A DNA stretch of 64,000 nt from Microcoleus sp. (lineage in GTDB: Bacteria > Cyanobacteriota > Cyanobacteriia > Cyanobacteriales > Microcoleaceae): assembly GCA_042408215.1 (NCBI GenBank), contig JAYFMW010000007.1:64001-128000 (forward strand), in the 5' to 3' direction. Made by a program: the position numbers and the translations under genes. Positions 10,457 to 21,410 of this stretch are shown piece after piece (the first letter of the stretch is position 1; each line of letters starts with the position of its first letter). The notes under the pieces were generated by a model that made no database searches, had not been told where the DNA came from, and saw only the letters and a list, made by a program, of their open reading frames with translations.

Positions 10457-10530
10457 CAACCCAGCCTACAGGGTTCTCACTTCAAACTATTTACAAATAA
10501 TCGATTATTCACTATACTGCAAGCAGAAAA

Positions 10531-11400
10531 ATGGCAACAAACCTTTCTATTTCTACGATCAAAAATCCGGTAACGTTCATTCTGAATCAGGTTCAGAAAA
10601 ATCGCAAAAAAATTATCCGTCCCTTAGTCGCGATCGCAGTTCTGCTCGTAATCTGGCAAATCCTCTGCCACAGTCCAGAGTCCTCTTTACCCGGCCCGAT
10701 TAAAGTTGTTCAAGAAAGCTGGAATCTGATTATCAATCCCTTTTTCGATAACGGTGGCACCGACAAAGGCTTATTTTGGCAACTTGCAGCCAGCTTACAG
10801 CGGGTGGCGATCGGCTTTACTCTAGCAGCAGTTCTTGGCATTGGTTTAGGAATATTAATTGGCACAAACTCTTTGATGTTTGATGCTTTAGACCCGCTGT
10901 TTCAAGTATTCAGAACTATCCCGCCACTGGCTTGGCTGCCGATCGCCCTGGCAGTATTTCAACAGTTTAATCCCTTTGAAGCGCTGGGGATGAAAGCTAA
11001 CGAAGTTTCAGCACTTTTCGTAATCTTGATTACAGCAATTTGGCCGATTCTAATTAACACTACAGTAGGCGTTCAACAAATACCCCAAGACTACAGAAAC
11101 GTCGCCCGCGTATTGCGTCTACCCAACCAAAAATACTTCTGGAAAATTTTGCTTCCGTCTTCAGTGCCTTACATCTTCACAGGTTTGAGAATCGGCATCG
11201 GTTTGTCTTGGCTGGCGATTGTAGCTGCGGAAATGTTGGTCGGCGGCGTTGGTATCGGCTTCTTCATCTGGGATGCTTACAACAGTTCTCGACTCAGCGC
11301 CGTGATTCTGGCTGTGCTTTATGTAGGAATTGTCGGTTTGATTCTAGACAGACTTGTAGGTTTCATCGCCTCCAAAGTTGTTCCTGAAGAACAGAAATAG
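10531..11400 (+). CDS. nrtB: Nitrate ABC transporter permease
   Basis: NPFFDNGGTDKGLFWQ, RTIPPLAWLP, GLRIGIGLSWLAIVAAEM. Confidence 0.95.
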   Translation: MATNLSISTIKNPVTFILNQVQKNRKKIIRPLVAIAVLLVIWQILCHSPESSLPGPIKVVQESWNLIINPFFDNGGTDKGLFWQLAASLQRVAIGFTLAAVLGIGLGILIGTNSLMFDALDPLFQVFRTIPPLAWLPIALAVFQQFNPFEALGMKANEVSALFVILITAIWPILINTTVGVQQIPQDYRNVARVLRLPNQKYFWKILLPSSVPYIFTGLRIGIGLSWLAIVAAEMLVGGVGIGFFIWDAYNSSRLSAVILAVLYVGIVGLILDRLVGFIASKVVPEEQK

Positions 11401-11404
11401 AATT

Positions 11405-11560
11405 TGGGCATGGGGCATGGGGCATGGGGCATAGGGCATGGTTGATCGGTAATCGGTAATCGGTAATGAGTTATTGGAACTAACAAATAACTAATTCGCA
11501 ATGCCCAATGCCCAATGCCCAATGCCCAATTCCCAATGCCCAATGCCCAATTCCCAATTA
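11405..11560. repeat. Convergent STRR heptamer runs (gggcatg / tgcccaa)
   Basis: Tandem heptamers in inverted arrangement between nrtB and nrtC. Confidence 0.8.
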
Positions 11561-11600
11561 ATAATTACCATCTACAAAGTAAAAACTACCCTAAAAAATT

Positions 11601-13637
11601 ATGTCAGTATTTGTTGAAGTAGACCACGTAGACCGCGTATTTAACTTACCCAATGGTGAGCAATATATCGCGCTCAAAAACATTGAACTCAAGATTAAAA
11701 AGGGAGAATTTATCTCCTTAATCGGACACTCCGGCTGTGGAAAATCGACACTGTTAAATATCATCGCCGGACTAGATCAAGCAACTCAGGGCGGGATTAC
11801 TCTAGAAGGGCGCGAAGTCCGCGAGCCCGGCCCCGATCGCATGGTAGTGTTTCAAAATTACTCCCTGCTTCCTTGGCTGACAGTTCGCGAAAATATTGCT
11901 CTAGCAGTCGATGAAATCTATAGAGATATCTCTCAAGAAGACCGCGACTTGATTATCGAACACCACATCGCCTTAGTCGGACTGCGACAAGCCGCCGACA
12001 AACGTCCGGGGGAAATTTCTGGGGGGATGAAACAAAGAGTTGCGATCGGCCGCGCCCTCGCCATCCGCCCCAAATTGCTGTTGCTAGACGAACCCTTCGG
12101 CGCATTGGATGCTTTAACCCGTGGCGGCTTACAAGACCAGTTGATGAAAATTTGCGAAGAAAGCAAAGTAACAGGCGTGATGGTAACGCACGACGTTGAC
12201 GAAGCCTTGCTGCTGAGCGATCGCATCGTCATGCTAACCAACGGCCCCGAAGCGCAAATCGGGCAAATCCTCGAAGTCAACATCCCCCGCCCCCGCAAAC
12301 GGATGGAAGTAGTCAACCACCCCAGTTACTACGCCCTACGCAACGAAATGGTTTACTTCCTCAACCAGCAAAAACGAGTCAAACAGCGCCGCGCAGCACA
12401 ACAAAAAGCTCCAGCGGTAGTTGTCGCCCGCAACGGCTTGGAAAAAGTCAACCTCGATATCGGCTTTGTTCCCCTCACCGACTGCGCCCCCTTAGTCGTA
12501 GCTAAAGAAAAAGGATTTTTCAAAGCCCACGGCTTAGAAGAAATCACCCTCAGCCGCGAACCTAGCTGGAAAACGATCGCCCAAGGAGTAGCCCAAGGAC
12601 GGCTGGACGCAGCCCAAATGGTCGCAGGAATGCCGATCGCCATGCTGCTAGGTCTCGACGGAGAAGCCCCTGTTCCCGTCTGTAGCGCCCTTACCCTGTC
12701 CCGGAATGGCAATTCGATTGTTTTCGGCAAACAGCTCTACAACGCAGGTATTCGGACGCTGGCAGATTTCAAAGAGGCGATCGCCAGAACCCCCGATAAA
12801 GTTCACACCTTGGGTATGGTACACTCGGCCTCGATGCACAACCTGCTGTTCCGCTACTGGCTGGCATCCGGCGGCATCGACCCCGACCTCGACGTGGGCT
12901 TGACCGTGATTCCGCCCCCGCAGATGGTATCCAATTTAAAAGCAGGTAATATTGACGGCTACTGCGCCGGCGAGCCCTGGAATTCCCGCGCTGTCAACGA
13001 CGGTACGGGTTTTGTGATGGCTCGTTCCCTGGACATTCTCCCCGGACATATCGAAAAAGTTCTGGGTGTTACGGAAGAGTGGGCTCAGCTATATCCCAAA
13101 ACTCACGTCGCCCTGGTGAAAGCTTTGGTCGAAGCTTGCGATTACTGCGACGATCGCCGTAACCGCCAAGAAATACTAGAATTGATTGGCAAGGAACAAT
13201 ACATTGGTGCAGATCCCAAGGACATCCGTCCGGGTTTCCTTGACCCTTACAACTCCGGTACTGATGCGAAACCGGAAATGCTCTACAACTTCAATCAGTT
13301 CTACGTTGACAAAACCAATTGTCCAGACCGCCTGGAAATGGTGTGGGTGATGGCGCAAATGGCCCGCTGGGGACTGATTCCATTCCCGAAAAACTGGGTG
13401 GAAGTGGTCGATCGAGTTTTGCGACCCGACGTGTTCGGTCAAGCAGTCCGCGAACTGGGTTTACCTGATATTCCCAGAATTCGCCGCAGTATCGAGCTAT
13501 TTGACGGCGCTCTCTTCAGTCTAGACGACCCGATCGGCTATTTAGAAAATGTCAAAATCAAACACGACCTCCGCATAGAAGAAATCTTAATTGAGAAGAT
13601 AGGTAGTCAGTGTTCAATTAGACAGCCCGCAGCATAA
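11601..13637 (+). CDS. nrtC: Nitrate ABC transporter ATPase with C-terminal NrtA-like regulatory domain
   Basis: GHSGCGKS, ISGGMKQR, LLLDEPF, then GFVPLTDCAPL...GYCAGEPWN. Confidence 0.95.
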   Translation: MSVFVEVDHVDRVFNLPNGEQYIALKNIELKIKKGEFISLIGHSGCGKSTLLNIIAGLDQATQGGITLEGREVREPGPDRMVVFQNYSLLPWLTVRENIALAVDEIYRDISQEDRDLIIEHHIALVGLRQAADKRPGEISGGMKQRVAIGRALAIRPKLLLLDEPFGALDALTRGGLQDQLMKICEESKVTGVMVTHDVDEALLLSDRIVMLTNGPEAQIGQILEVNIPRPRKRMEVVNHPSYYALRNEMVYFLNQQKRVKQRRAAQQKAPAVVVARNGLEKVNLDIGFVPLTDCAPLVVAKEKGFFKAHGLEEITLSREPSWKTIAQGVAQGRLDAAQMVAGMPIAMLLGLDGEAPVPVCSALTLSRNGNSIVFGKQLYNAGIRTLADFKEAIARTPDKVHTLGMVHSASMHNLLFRYWLASGGIDPDLDVGLTVIPPPQMVSNLKAGNIDGYCAGEPWNSRAVNDGTGFVMARSLDILPGHIEKVLGVTEEWAQLYPKTHVALVKALVEACDYCDDRRNRQEILELIGKEQYIGADPKDIRPGFLDPYNSGTDAKPEMLYNFNQFYVDKTNCPDRLEMVWVMAQMARWGLIPFPKNWVEVVDRVLRPDVFGQAVRELGLPDIPRIRRSIELFDGALFSLDDPIGYLENVKIKHDLRIEEILIEKIGSQCSIRQPAA

Positions 13638-13833
13638 TTAGGAAGTCATTAGTCATTAGTCAGTAGTCATTAGTCATTAGTCATTGGTCATTAGTCATTA
13701 GTCATTAGTTACCGATGCCCGATGCCCTATGAGGCCGATGCCCATTCTCCAACTCAAAACTCAAAACTCGTGCACTATTCTCTTCTCCTCTCCCATGCCT
13801 AATTCCCCAACCCCTAACCCCAACTCCGAAAAT

Positions 13834-15735
13834 ATGCAAACCCTCAAGAATCAAAAAACAACTAAATCTGTAGGTGACACCGCCACAGCTACCAAACCTT
13901 TTCTATCTATTAAAGATGTATCGAAAGTCTACGAAAATCCTAAAGACCCCGAACAACCTTTCGTAATTCTCGATGGTGTAAACCTCCAGATTAATGAAGG
14001 CGAATTTATTTGCTTGATTGGTCACTCCGGCTGTGGCAAATCTACTTTGCTCAACATGATCGCCGGATTCAATGGGCCTACAGACGGAGAGGTTGCACTC
14101 GAAGGTTCGCGGATTACTGAACCAGGCCCCGATCGCATGGTAGTGTTTCAAAATTACTCCCTGCTGCCTTGGCTGACTGCTACTGAAAACATCCACCTCG
14201 GCGTTGAAACTGTTTACGCCGAAAAGTCCCCAGAGGAACACAATGCGATCGTTCAGCAACACCTGGAATTGGTGGGACTTACCGAAGCTTGCAACAAAAG
14301 GCCAGGCCAATTGTCCGGGGGGATGAAACAGCGGGTGGCGATCGCCCGTGCCCTAGCAACTCGCCCCAAACTGTTGATTTTAGACGAACCCTTCGGAGCT
14401 CTAGATCCAATTACGCGGGAAGAGTTGCAGGAAGAATTACTCAAAATTTGGCGGGAGTACAAAATTACCGTCATCATGATTACTCACGATATCGATGAGG
14501 CTTTGTTCTTGGCCGATCGCATCGTGATGATGACCAACGGCCCCTCTGCTAGCATCGGCGAAGATATGCACATTCCCTTCAGTCGTCCCCGCAACCGCAC
14601 GCGGATGATGGAAGATCCGAAATACTACGAACTGCGGAACTTTGCTTTAGAGTTCTTGTTCTCTCGCTACGCCCACACAGACGGCGACGAAGAAACCGAA
14701 ACCGCCCTCCCACCCTTGCCAGAATCAGCCCTCAGACCCGCCCCTGTTCCTGCGGCACCGTCGAGAACCAACTTCGCGCCGGCATCATTTGTGCCTCACG
14801 CTTCCCAACCCTCAGAAGCATCACGGATCAAAGGTGGGGTGCTAGGAGTATCTTGGTTATTCGCGATGTCTGTTTTGGCTGCTGTCAATATGTCTGTTGT
14901 TTCCAGCCAACAAAAGCAAAAATTAGCAGAAGCTGCACCGAGTGCGCCGGCTGCGGTGATTAGTTCTCCTCCCACTCCGGCTGCACCAACTGCTACGGCG
15001 ACAACTGCACCAACTGCTGCGGCGACAACTGCACCAACTGCTGCGGCGACAACTGCACCAACTGCTGCGACTACAACTGCACCAACTGCTGCGACTACAA
15101 CTGCACCAATCCCTACGGCGACAACTGCACCAACTGCTGCGGCGACAACTGCACCAATCCCTACGGCGACAACTGCACCAATCCCTACGGCGACAACTGC
15201 ACCAATCCCTACGGCGACAACTGCACCAATCCCTACGGCGACAACTGCACCAATCCCTACGGCGACAACTGCACCAATCCCTACGACTACAACTGCACCA
15301 ACTGCTGCGGCTACAACTGCACCAACTGCTGCGGCTACAACTGCACCAACTGCTGCGGCTACAACTGCACCAACTGCTGCGGCTACAACTGCACCAACTG
15401 CTGCGGCTACAACCGATGCTACTACCTCAGAGATTGCGGACAAAGCCCAACTCGACGCGATCGGCAAAAATTTGTATACACAAATTGACCAAAGTTGGAG
15501 CACAACTCCCACCTTTACCGAAAGTTTGACTTATCGAGTCAAAGTTCAGCAAAACGGCGACATCGTGCAGTTCGAGCCTACAAATCAAGCAGCTAAAGAT
15601 TTCCTCCAAGAAACTCCTCTGCCAGTTTTGCAAATTCCTGCCGGTACCCCAGCAGGTGCTGAAAAAACTGCTGAATTTCAAGTAACTTTTAGCCCCAGCA
15701 ATGGCGGCAAATTAGAAGTTAAAACTGGGAAATAG
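13834..15735 (+). CDS. nrtD: Nitrate ABC transporter ATPase with TM segment, Thr/Ala/Pro repeat and C-terminal domain
   Basis: GHSGCGKS, LSGGMKQR, LILDEPF; ~350 extra C-terminal residues; ATG at 13834 preferred (start uncertain). Confidence 0.85.
   Translation: MQTLKNQKTTKSVGDTATATKPFLSIKDVSKVYENPKDPEQPFVILDGVNLQINEGEFICLIGHSGCGKSTLLNMIAGFNGPTDGEVALEGSRITEPGPDRMVVFQNYSLLPWLTATENIHLGVETVYAEKSPEEHNAIVQQHLELVGLTEACNKRPGQLSGGMKQRVAIARALATRPKLLILDEPFGALDPITREELQEELLKIWREYKITVIMITHDIDEALFLADRIVMMTNGPSASIGEDMHIPFSRPRNRTRMMEDPKYYELRNFALEFLFSRYAHTDGDEETETALPPLPESALRPAPVPAAPSRTNFAPASFVPHASQPSEASRIKGGVLGVSWLFAMSVLAAVNMSVVSSQQKQKLAEAAPSAPAAVISSPPTPAAPTATATTAPTAAATTAPTAAATTAPTAATTTAPTAATTTAPIPTATTAPTAAATTAPIPTATTAPIPTATTAPIPTATTAPIPTATTAPIPTATTAPIPTTTTAPTAAATTAPTAAATTAPTAAATTAPTAAATTAPTAAATTDATTSEIADKAQLDAIGKNLYTQIDQSWSTTPTFTESLTYRVKVQQNGDIVQFEPTNQAAKDFLQETPLPVLQIPAGTPAGAEKTAEFQVTFSPSNGGKLEVKTGK
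14983..15414 (+). repeat. In-frame 24-bp minisatellite, 18 copies (APTAAATT / APIPTATT)
   Basis: gcaccaactgctgcggcgacaact-type units counted from the translation. Confidence 0.9.
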
Positions 15736-15907
15736 CTAATTGGCACTCTTGGCGCTGTGCAAGGAAAGAAACGCCTAACCCCTGACATGGGGCCGGCGGA
15801 GAGTCAAACATCGGTCAAAACCCTGTTGATCTTTCGCTGACATCCAAGTCTCGATCGCCCTCCCATCCCCCGGAAATTGGAAAAAATAAGCATCTATAAA
15901 TTAGGAA

Positions 15908-18091
15908 ATGGAAACTCAAAAAACTCTTTGCCCTTACTGCGGTGTAGGTTGTGGTCTAGAAATTGTTCCCGACAAAAACCAAGGTTGGAAAGTCCGGGGC
16001 GATCGCCACCACCCATCGAGTCAAGGCATGGTTTGTGTGAAGGGAGCAACGGTAGCAGAGTCAATTCGCACCGATCGACTGCTTTATCCGATGATGCGGG
16101 ATACTCTCGACCAACCCTTCCGTCGCGCTAGCTGGGACGAAGCATTAGATGCGATCGTCAACCGCATCCAAACAATTCGCAGCACTAGCGGCCCCGATGC
16201 TATATGCGTTTATGGTTCCGGTCAATTCGTCACTGAAGATTATTATGTTGCCCAAAAACTGGTGAAAGGTTGTCTGGGAACTAATAATTTTGATGCCAAT
16301 TCTCGATTGTGTATGTCTTCAGCAGTTTCGGGATACGTTCAAAGTTTTGGTGCTGACGGGCCGCCTTGTTGTTACGACGATTTAGAATTAACAGATTGCG
16401 CTTTTATTATTGGTAGCAATACAGCAGAATGTCATCCAATTGTTTTTAATCGCTTAGCAAAATACCATAAAAAGAATCAAAATGTCAAGATGATTGTGGT
16501 AGATCCGAGGCGGACTCCGACTGCGGAAGCGGCGGATTTGCACTTGGCAATCAAACCAGGTACGGATATAGACTTGCTTAATGGAATTGCATATTTGTTG
16601 TTGCAAAGCGAAAGCATAGATCCAAAATTTATTCAGGAATCCACGGTTAATTTCGAGGATTTTGTTGAAGTTGTCAACAGCTATACGCCGGAATTGGTAG
16701 CCTCGCGCTGTGGCATTTCTGTGGGGGACTTGGAAACAGCGGCAAATTATTGGCAACAGTCGCAGCGGGTTTTGTCTCTGTGGTCGATGGGAATGAACCA
16801 GTCCTCCGAAGGCACGGCAAAGGTGCGATCGCTCATTAATTTGCACTTGATGACCGGTCAAATCGGCAAACCGGGATGCGGCCCGTTTTCCCTCACAGGC
16901 CAGCCAAACGCGATGGGAGGGCGGGAAGCGGGGGGACTTTCTCAGTTATTACCGGGATATCGATCGGTGAAAAATGCCGAACACAGAGCCGAAGTCGAGC
17001 AGTTTTGGGGCATTGCACCGGGAAGCATTTCAGAATATCCGGGCCGCACGGCTTGGGATATGATCGCCGGTTTGGAAACAGGCGAGGTAGAGATGCTGTG
17101 GATTGCAGCTACCAATCCAGCGGTAAGTATGCCGGATTTGGAACGGACAAAAGCGGCTTTGTTGCGATCGCCCTTTACCATATATCAAGAAGCTTACGAT
17201 CCAACGGAAACCTCGGCCTACGCTCACATCCTCTTGCCGGCAACGCAGTGGAGTGAAAAAACCGGAGTGATGACGAATTCGGAACGTCGCGTTACCCTTT
17301 GTATGGGTTTCGACACTCCTTCAGGAGAAGCCCGCGACGACTGTCACATTTTCGCCGAGGTGGGGCGCAGGTTGGGTTTTGCCGAACAGTTTGCTTTCGA
17401 GAACAGTGCTGACATCTACCAAGAGTTCGTGCAGTTGACGCGGGGCCGGCCTTGCGACGTGACCGGCCTGAGCCACGAATACTTGCGCCAAGAAGGTCCG
17501 CAGCAGTGGCCTTGTCGGGAAAATGAGCCAAAACATCCGGCGAAAGAAGCCAAACGGCTTTACACTGACGGGCGTTTCCACACGGACGACGGGCGGGCCA
17601 GATTTGCAGCTCATCATTCCCGTGGACTAGCCGAACCTCCCGATCCGAATTATCCGTTTGTGCTGACGACGGGCAGGGTTTATGGACACTGGCACACGAT
17701 GACGCGCACCGGTAGAACTGACAAAATTAATCAATTACACCCCGATCCTTTTTTGGAAATTCACCCGCGAGATGCTGCCAAATTAAAGATTAAGGAGGGG
17801 GATTTGCTGGAAGTTCGATCGCGCCGCGGCAAGTCGCAGTTTCCGGCAAAAATTACTAAGGCGATCGTCCCTGGTACACTATTTGTACCCATGCACTGGG
17901 GTTCTCTGTGGGCAGAAGGTGCTGAAGCCAACGCCATGACTCACCCTGAACGTTGTCCCGATTCTAAACAGCCGGAGTTAAAAGCTTGTGCGGTGCATTT
18001 GGTGCTGGTTGGGGCAGAAATTGATTCAGAAGTTGGGGCAGAAGTTGACGAGTTTAATTGGGCGAAATCCACCGTCGCGGTCATTTCTTGA
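15908..18091 (+). CDS. narB: Ferredoxin-dependent assimilatory nitrate reductase
   Basis: CPYCGVGCG...[36 protein letters not shown]. Confidence 0.95.
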   Translation: METQKTLCPYCGVGCGLEIVPDKNQGWKVRGDRHHPSSQGMVCVKGATVAESIRTDRLLYPMMRDTLDQPFRRASWDEALDAIVNRIQTIRSTSGPDAICVYGSGQFVTEDYYVAQKLVKGCLGTNNFDANSRLCMSSAVSGYVQSFGADGPPCCYDDLELTDCAFIIGSNTAECHPIVFNRLAKYHKKNQNVKMIVVDPRRTPTAEAADLHLAIKPGTDIDLLNGIAYLLLQSESIDPKFIQESTVNFEDFVEVVNSYTPELVASRCGISVGDLETAANYWQQSQRVLSLWSMGMNQSSEGTAKVRSLINLHLMTGQIGKPGCGPFSLTGQPNAMGGREAGGLSQLLPGYRSVKNAEHRAEVEQFWGIAPGSISEYPGRTAWDMIAGLETGEVEMLWIAATNPAVSMPDLERTKAALLRSPFTIYQEAYDPTETSAYAHILLPATQWSEKTGVMTNSERRVTLCMGFDTPSGEARDDCHIFAEVGRRLGFAEQFAFENSADIYQEFVQLTRGRPCDVTGLSHEYLRQEGPQQWPCRENEPKHPAKEAKRLYTDGRFHTDDGRARFAAHHSRGLAEPPDPNYPFVLTTGRVYGHWHTMTRTGRTDKINQLHPDPFLEIHPRDAAKLKIKEGDLLEVRSRRGKSQFPAKITKAIVPGTLFVPMHWGSLWAEGAEANAMTHPERCPDSKQPELKACAVHLVLVGAEIDSEVGAEVDEFNWAKSTVAVIS

Positions 18092-18414
18092 GCTGGCTTC
18101 CCACTTGCGACCGATTCCCAGGCTGTTCCTACGGATTTGCGTTCCCACGCAAGAGCCTCGGCATGAAAAACGTAAATTTTTTTTAAGCGTTTTTCCTTCT
18201 TTCTTATGGGTTTTTCCTTCTTCCTTCTTCCTTCTTCCTTCTTCCTTCTTCCTTCTTCCCTCCTTTGAGTCGATCGATCTCACCAAACAATTGCAGTATG
18301 CATAAACAGGTGCTATGATCTACCCATAAGGCTTATTTTCGGTAGTATAGTTCGTTCGATCGGCGTTCCTCCGGATTTAATTCTCTACACCCCTCTGATT
18401 CTGGAGAATGTTCA

Positions 18415-18720
18415 ATGTCAATCTATGTCGGCAATTTATCCTACGAAGTTACGCAGGAACACCTCAGCCAAACTTTTGGAGAATACGGCACTGTCAAACG
18501 CATTCAGTTACCTGCTGACCGCGAAACTGGTCGGATGCGTGGCTTCGCTTTCGTAGAAATGTCTACTGAAGCAGAAGAAGCGGCAGCCATTGAAGCACTT
18601 GACGGTGCTGAGTGGATGGGTCGCGACCTCAAGGTCAATAAAGCTAAGCCCCGCGAGGACCGAGGTCCTTCTAACAGCGGTAACTGGGGAAACAACGATC
18701 GCTCTTCTCGCCGCTACTAA
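18415..18720 (+). CDS. rbp: RRM RNA-binding protein (cyanobacterial Rbp family)
   Basis: MSIYVGNLSY (RNP2), RGFAFVEM (RNP1), GRDLKVNKAKPRE. Confidence 0.95.
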   Translation: MSIYVGNLSYEVTQEHLSQTFGEYGTVKRIQLPADRETGRMRGFAFVEMSTEAEEAAAIEALDGAEWMGRDLKVNKAKPREDRGPSNSGNWGNNDRSSRRY

Positions 18721-18829
18721 ATCACAGAAGCGAAATTTTTAGCTTGACTGTGGGTTTACAGGGGTTGAGCGAGGAGTAAATAATATTTCTCGGTTGAGAA
18801 TAATTTATCAGGCGATCGCACCCCTTCTT

Positions 18830-18870
18830 AAAAGCCTCAAAGTATTGTATAGCAATAGTTTGAGGCTTTT
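18830..18870. terminator. Intrinsic terminator after rbp
   Basis: aaaagcctcaaa...tttgaggctttt hairpin. Confidence 0.75.
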
Positions 18871-18936
18871 TAATGTCAAAATTTTCTCAATTTACAGTCA
18901 ATACACATCAGCATGATATGATGCACCTACTGCTGT

Positions 18937-19455
18937 ATGCAGGAGAGCAATTTTAAATTTTTATCAAACGTAAATTCCTCCTATTTGACAACTATGCTTT
19001 TCAGAAAATTAGGTCGGCAAATTAATAAGTTAGGCACTGAGGAACAATTTCTACATTTTCTAGAAAGCATAGAAGTAATAATATCTAAAATTTTATCGCT
19101 GGCGATGGTGATGGTAATTATCGTCAGCGTTTGCGATTTAATAATTTTTTTAGCGAGAGAATTATTTAACTCTCCTCAGACTCTATTAAAAGACACGTTA
19201 TTCGTCATATTTGGATTGTTTTTAAATGTTTTAATTGCTCTGGAAATCTTGGAAAATATTACAGCTTATCTCAAAAAGCACGTCATTCAAGTAGAGTTAG
19301 TTATCGTAACTTCTTTGATCGCCGTATCTAGGAAAATCATTATTCTAGATTTGGAAAAGAAAACCGCAGCCGATTTGATTGGTTTGTCTATTGCAATTTT
19401 CTCCCTTTCCATCAGTTACTTGATAGTGCGACAGACAAATAAAGGAAATAATTGA
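18937..19455 (+). CDS. PsiE-family membrane protein
   Basis: Four hydrophobic segments; [21 protein letters not shown]...[12 protein letters not shown]. Confidence 0.8.
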   Translation: MQESNFKFLSNVNSSYLTTMLFRKLGRQINKLGTEEQFLHFLESIEVIISKILSLAMVMVIIVSVCDLIIFLARELFNSPQTLLKDTLFVIFGLFLNVLIALEILENITAYLKKHVIQVELVIVTSLIAVSRKIIILDLEKKTAADLIGLSIAIFSLSISYLIVRQTNKGNN

Positions 19456-19456
19456 T

Positions 19457-19686
19457 ATTGGGAATTGGTCATGGGGAATGGGGAATTGGTAATGGGGAAT
19501 TGGGAATCGGGAATGGGGAATCGGGAATGGGGAATGGGAAATTGGAAATTGGGAATTGGTAACTAATGACAACTGACAACTGACAACTGACAACAGACAA
19601 CAGTCAACAGTCAACAGTCAACAGTCAACAGTCAACAGTCAACAGTCAACAGTCAACAGTCAACAGTCAACAGTCAACAGTCAACT
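19457..19686. repeat. STRR heptamers (gggaatt/gggaatg and caacagt runs)
   Basis: Tandem heptamers between convergent genes. Confidence 0.85.
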
Positions 19687-19724
19687 AACAGAAGCAGATG
19701 AAGTTTGCAGACAATTCCTTAACT

Positions 19725-20363
19725 TTAATCCAACAAACCAAAAGGAGGCAAAATTTCAATTCGACCTTTTTCTAAATCAACAATTGGAACTATCTCTTTC
19801 ACAAAAGGAATCAAAACCTTTTTAGTTTGCGGTTGTTTAACGCGGGGGGTTTTGCGTTTTTTGCGACGACTATCTTTGTGTTCAACTTCTAAAGAGACAG
19901 TTTCTGGCTGTTCTGGTTCTGCGGCGACTGTTTCCGGCTGCGTTTGATTTAATTCAACCTCTAAAAGGTCGTTCCCTGCGGGGATAATAGCACTTACTTT
20001 ACCCAAGATTTCTCCTGTCAATTGGTTGAAGACTTCCATACCAAACAAATCTTGCACGTAAAATTCATCGGGTTCGAGGTAAGGTCGTGAGCCTTTTTCT
20101 ACAAACAGTTTACAGCCTCGTAGCGCCTCAGCACCCTCGCGGTCTTCCACCCCTTCTATCTCTACAGCATACAATCCTTTGCCCGGAATGTAGCGACCTC
20201 CCAAAAATTCGATCGGTTCCGGTTCTTTTTTATTAGGGAACAACAGCCACCGCTTCCCCGGTTCGATAAACCTTTCCGGGAAATCGGAATCGGGATAGAC
20301 TCGCACTTCCCCGTATAAACCTTGAGCTGCTACAATTGTACCGATTTCTATCCATTCAGACAT
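19725..20363 (-). CDS. rimM: 16S rRNA processing protein
   Basis: EIGTIVAAQGLYGEVRV...EFYVQDLFG...GNDLLEV...LIPFVKEIVP. Confidence 0.93.
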   Translation of the reverse strand: MSEWIEIGTIVAAQGLYGEVRVYPDSDFPERFIEPGKRWLLFPNKKEPEPIEFLGGRYIPGKGLYAVEIEGVEDREGAEALRGCKLFVEKGSRPYLEPDEFYVQDLFGMEVFNQLTGEILGKVSAIIPAGNDLLEVELNQTQPETVAAEPEQPETVSLEVEHKDSRRKKRKTPRVKQPQTKKVLIPFVKEIVPIVDLEKGRIEILPPFGLLD

Positions 20364-20471
20364 ATATTCTAATTATTGGTAATTGGGAATTGGGAATTGG
20401 GCATCGGGAATTGCTAATTGGTAGTAAATAACAAATAACCAATAACAAATAACCAATAACCAATAACTACT

Positions 20472-21104
20472 TTACACCAATCCGGTTCTAAGCGCTACAA
20501 CGGCTGCTTGCACACGGTCATCTACTGCCAACTTATTCATAATACCGCGAACGTGGGTTTTTATCGTATTTGGACTGAGATAAAGGGCGGCTGCAATCTC
20601 AGGATTGCTATAACCTTCAACCATTAATTTTAACACCTCCAATTCCCGCTGCGACAATTGACCGAAAGTGGTTGCAGATGCAGCTACCGGGGGTTTGAGA
20701 TGATCGATAACAGTCCGGGCAATTTGAGGATCGAGATATGTCGCCCCCTCCGCTGCTGCTGCGATCGCAGCTAACAACCTATCCACAGAAGCACCTTTGA
20801 TACAATAAGCATCGGCACCGCTAGAAAGAGCAGCAATAATTTCAGTTTCTGCCGTGTGGGAAGTTAACATTACTACTCGTACTTCAGGCAGTTTTGCTTT
20901 AATTTGTTGCGTCGCTGCTATACCGTCCAAGCGCGGCAAACCGATATCCATCACAATAAGATCAGGTTTGAGTTTTAGTGCGGCTGCTACACCTAAATAG
21001 CCGTCTTCTGCTTGTCCTACTATTTCTATTTCTGGACAATCTGCTAAAACTTGCTCTAATCCCAGTTGCATCATTGGGTCATCTTCAACAATTAAAATTC
21101 TCAT
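20472..21104 (-). CDS. NarL/LuxR-family response regulator
   Basis: [27 protein letters not shown]...[13 protein letters not shown]; the longer ORF start runs through STRR DNA, so ATG at 21104 is used. Confidence 0.9.
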   Translation of the reverse strand: MRILIVEDDPMMQLGLEQVLADCPEIEIVGQAEDGYLGVAAALKLKPDLIVMDIGLPRLDGIAATQQIKAKLPEVRVVMLTSHTAETEIIAALSSGADAYCIKGASVDRLLAAIAAAAEGATYLDPQIARTVIDHLKPPVAASATTFGQLSQRELEVLKLMVEGYSNPEIAAALYLSPNTIKTHVRGIMNKLAVDDRVQAAVVALRTGLV

Positions 21105-21410
21105 AATTAATTGGGAATTGGGCATTGGGAATTGGGCATTGGGCATTGGGCATTGGGCATTGGGCATTGGGCATTGGAAGCAACCAATAACAAATAACAA
21201 ATAACCAATAACAAATAACTAATGACTACTGACTACTGACTAATGACTACTGACTAATTACTACTGACTACTGACTACTGACTACTGACTACTGACTAAT
21301 GACTAATGACTAATGACTAATGACTACTGACTACTGACTACTGACTACTGACTACTGACTACTGACTACTGACTACTGACTACTGACTACTGACTACTGA
21401 CTACTGACTA
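21105..21410. repeat. STRR heptamers (ttgggca, caaataa, tgactac)
   Basis: Long tandem heptamer tracts. Confidence 0.9.

Noticed and set aside
14796..15512. 238-aa hydrophobic ORF on the minus strand
   Set aside because: Antisense shadow of the nrtD octapeptide repeat
19820..19960. Charged insertion in RimM
   Set aside because: Low-complexity loops at this position are common in cyanobacterial RimM; not considered novel
21105..21200. N-terminal extension of the response regulator (CPMPNAQ repeats)
   Set aside because: Translation of an STRR heptamer tract; the same applies to ORFs at 5052, 9906, 11319 and 19345
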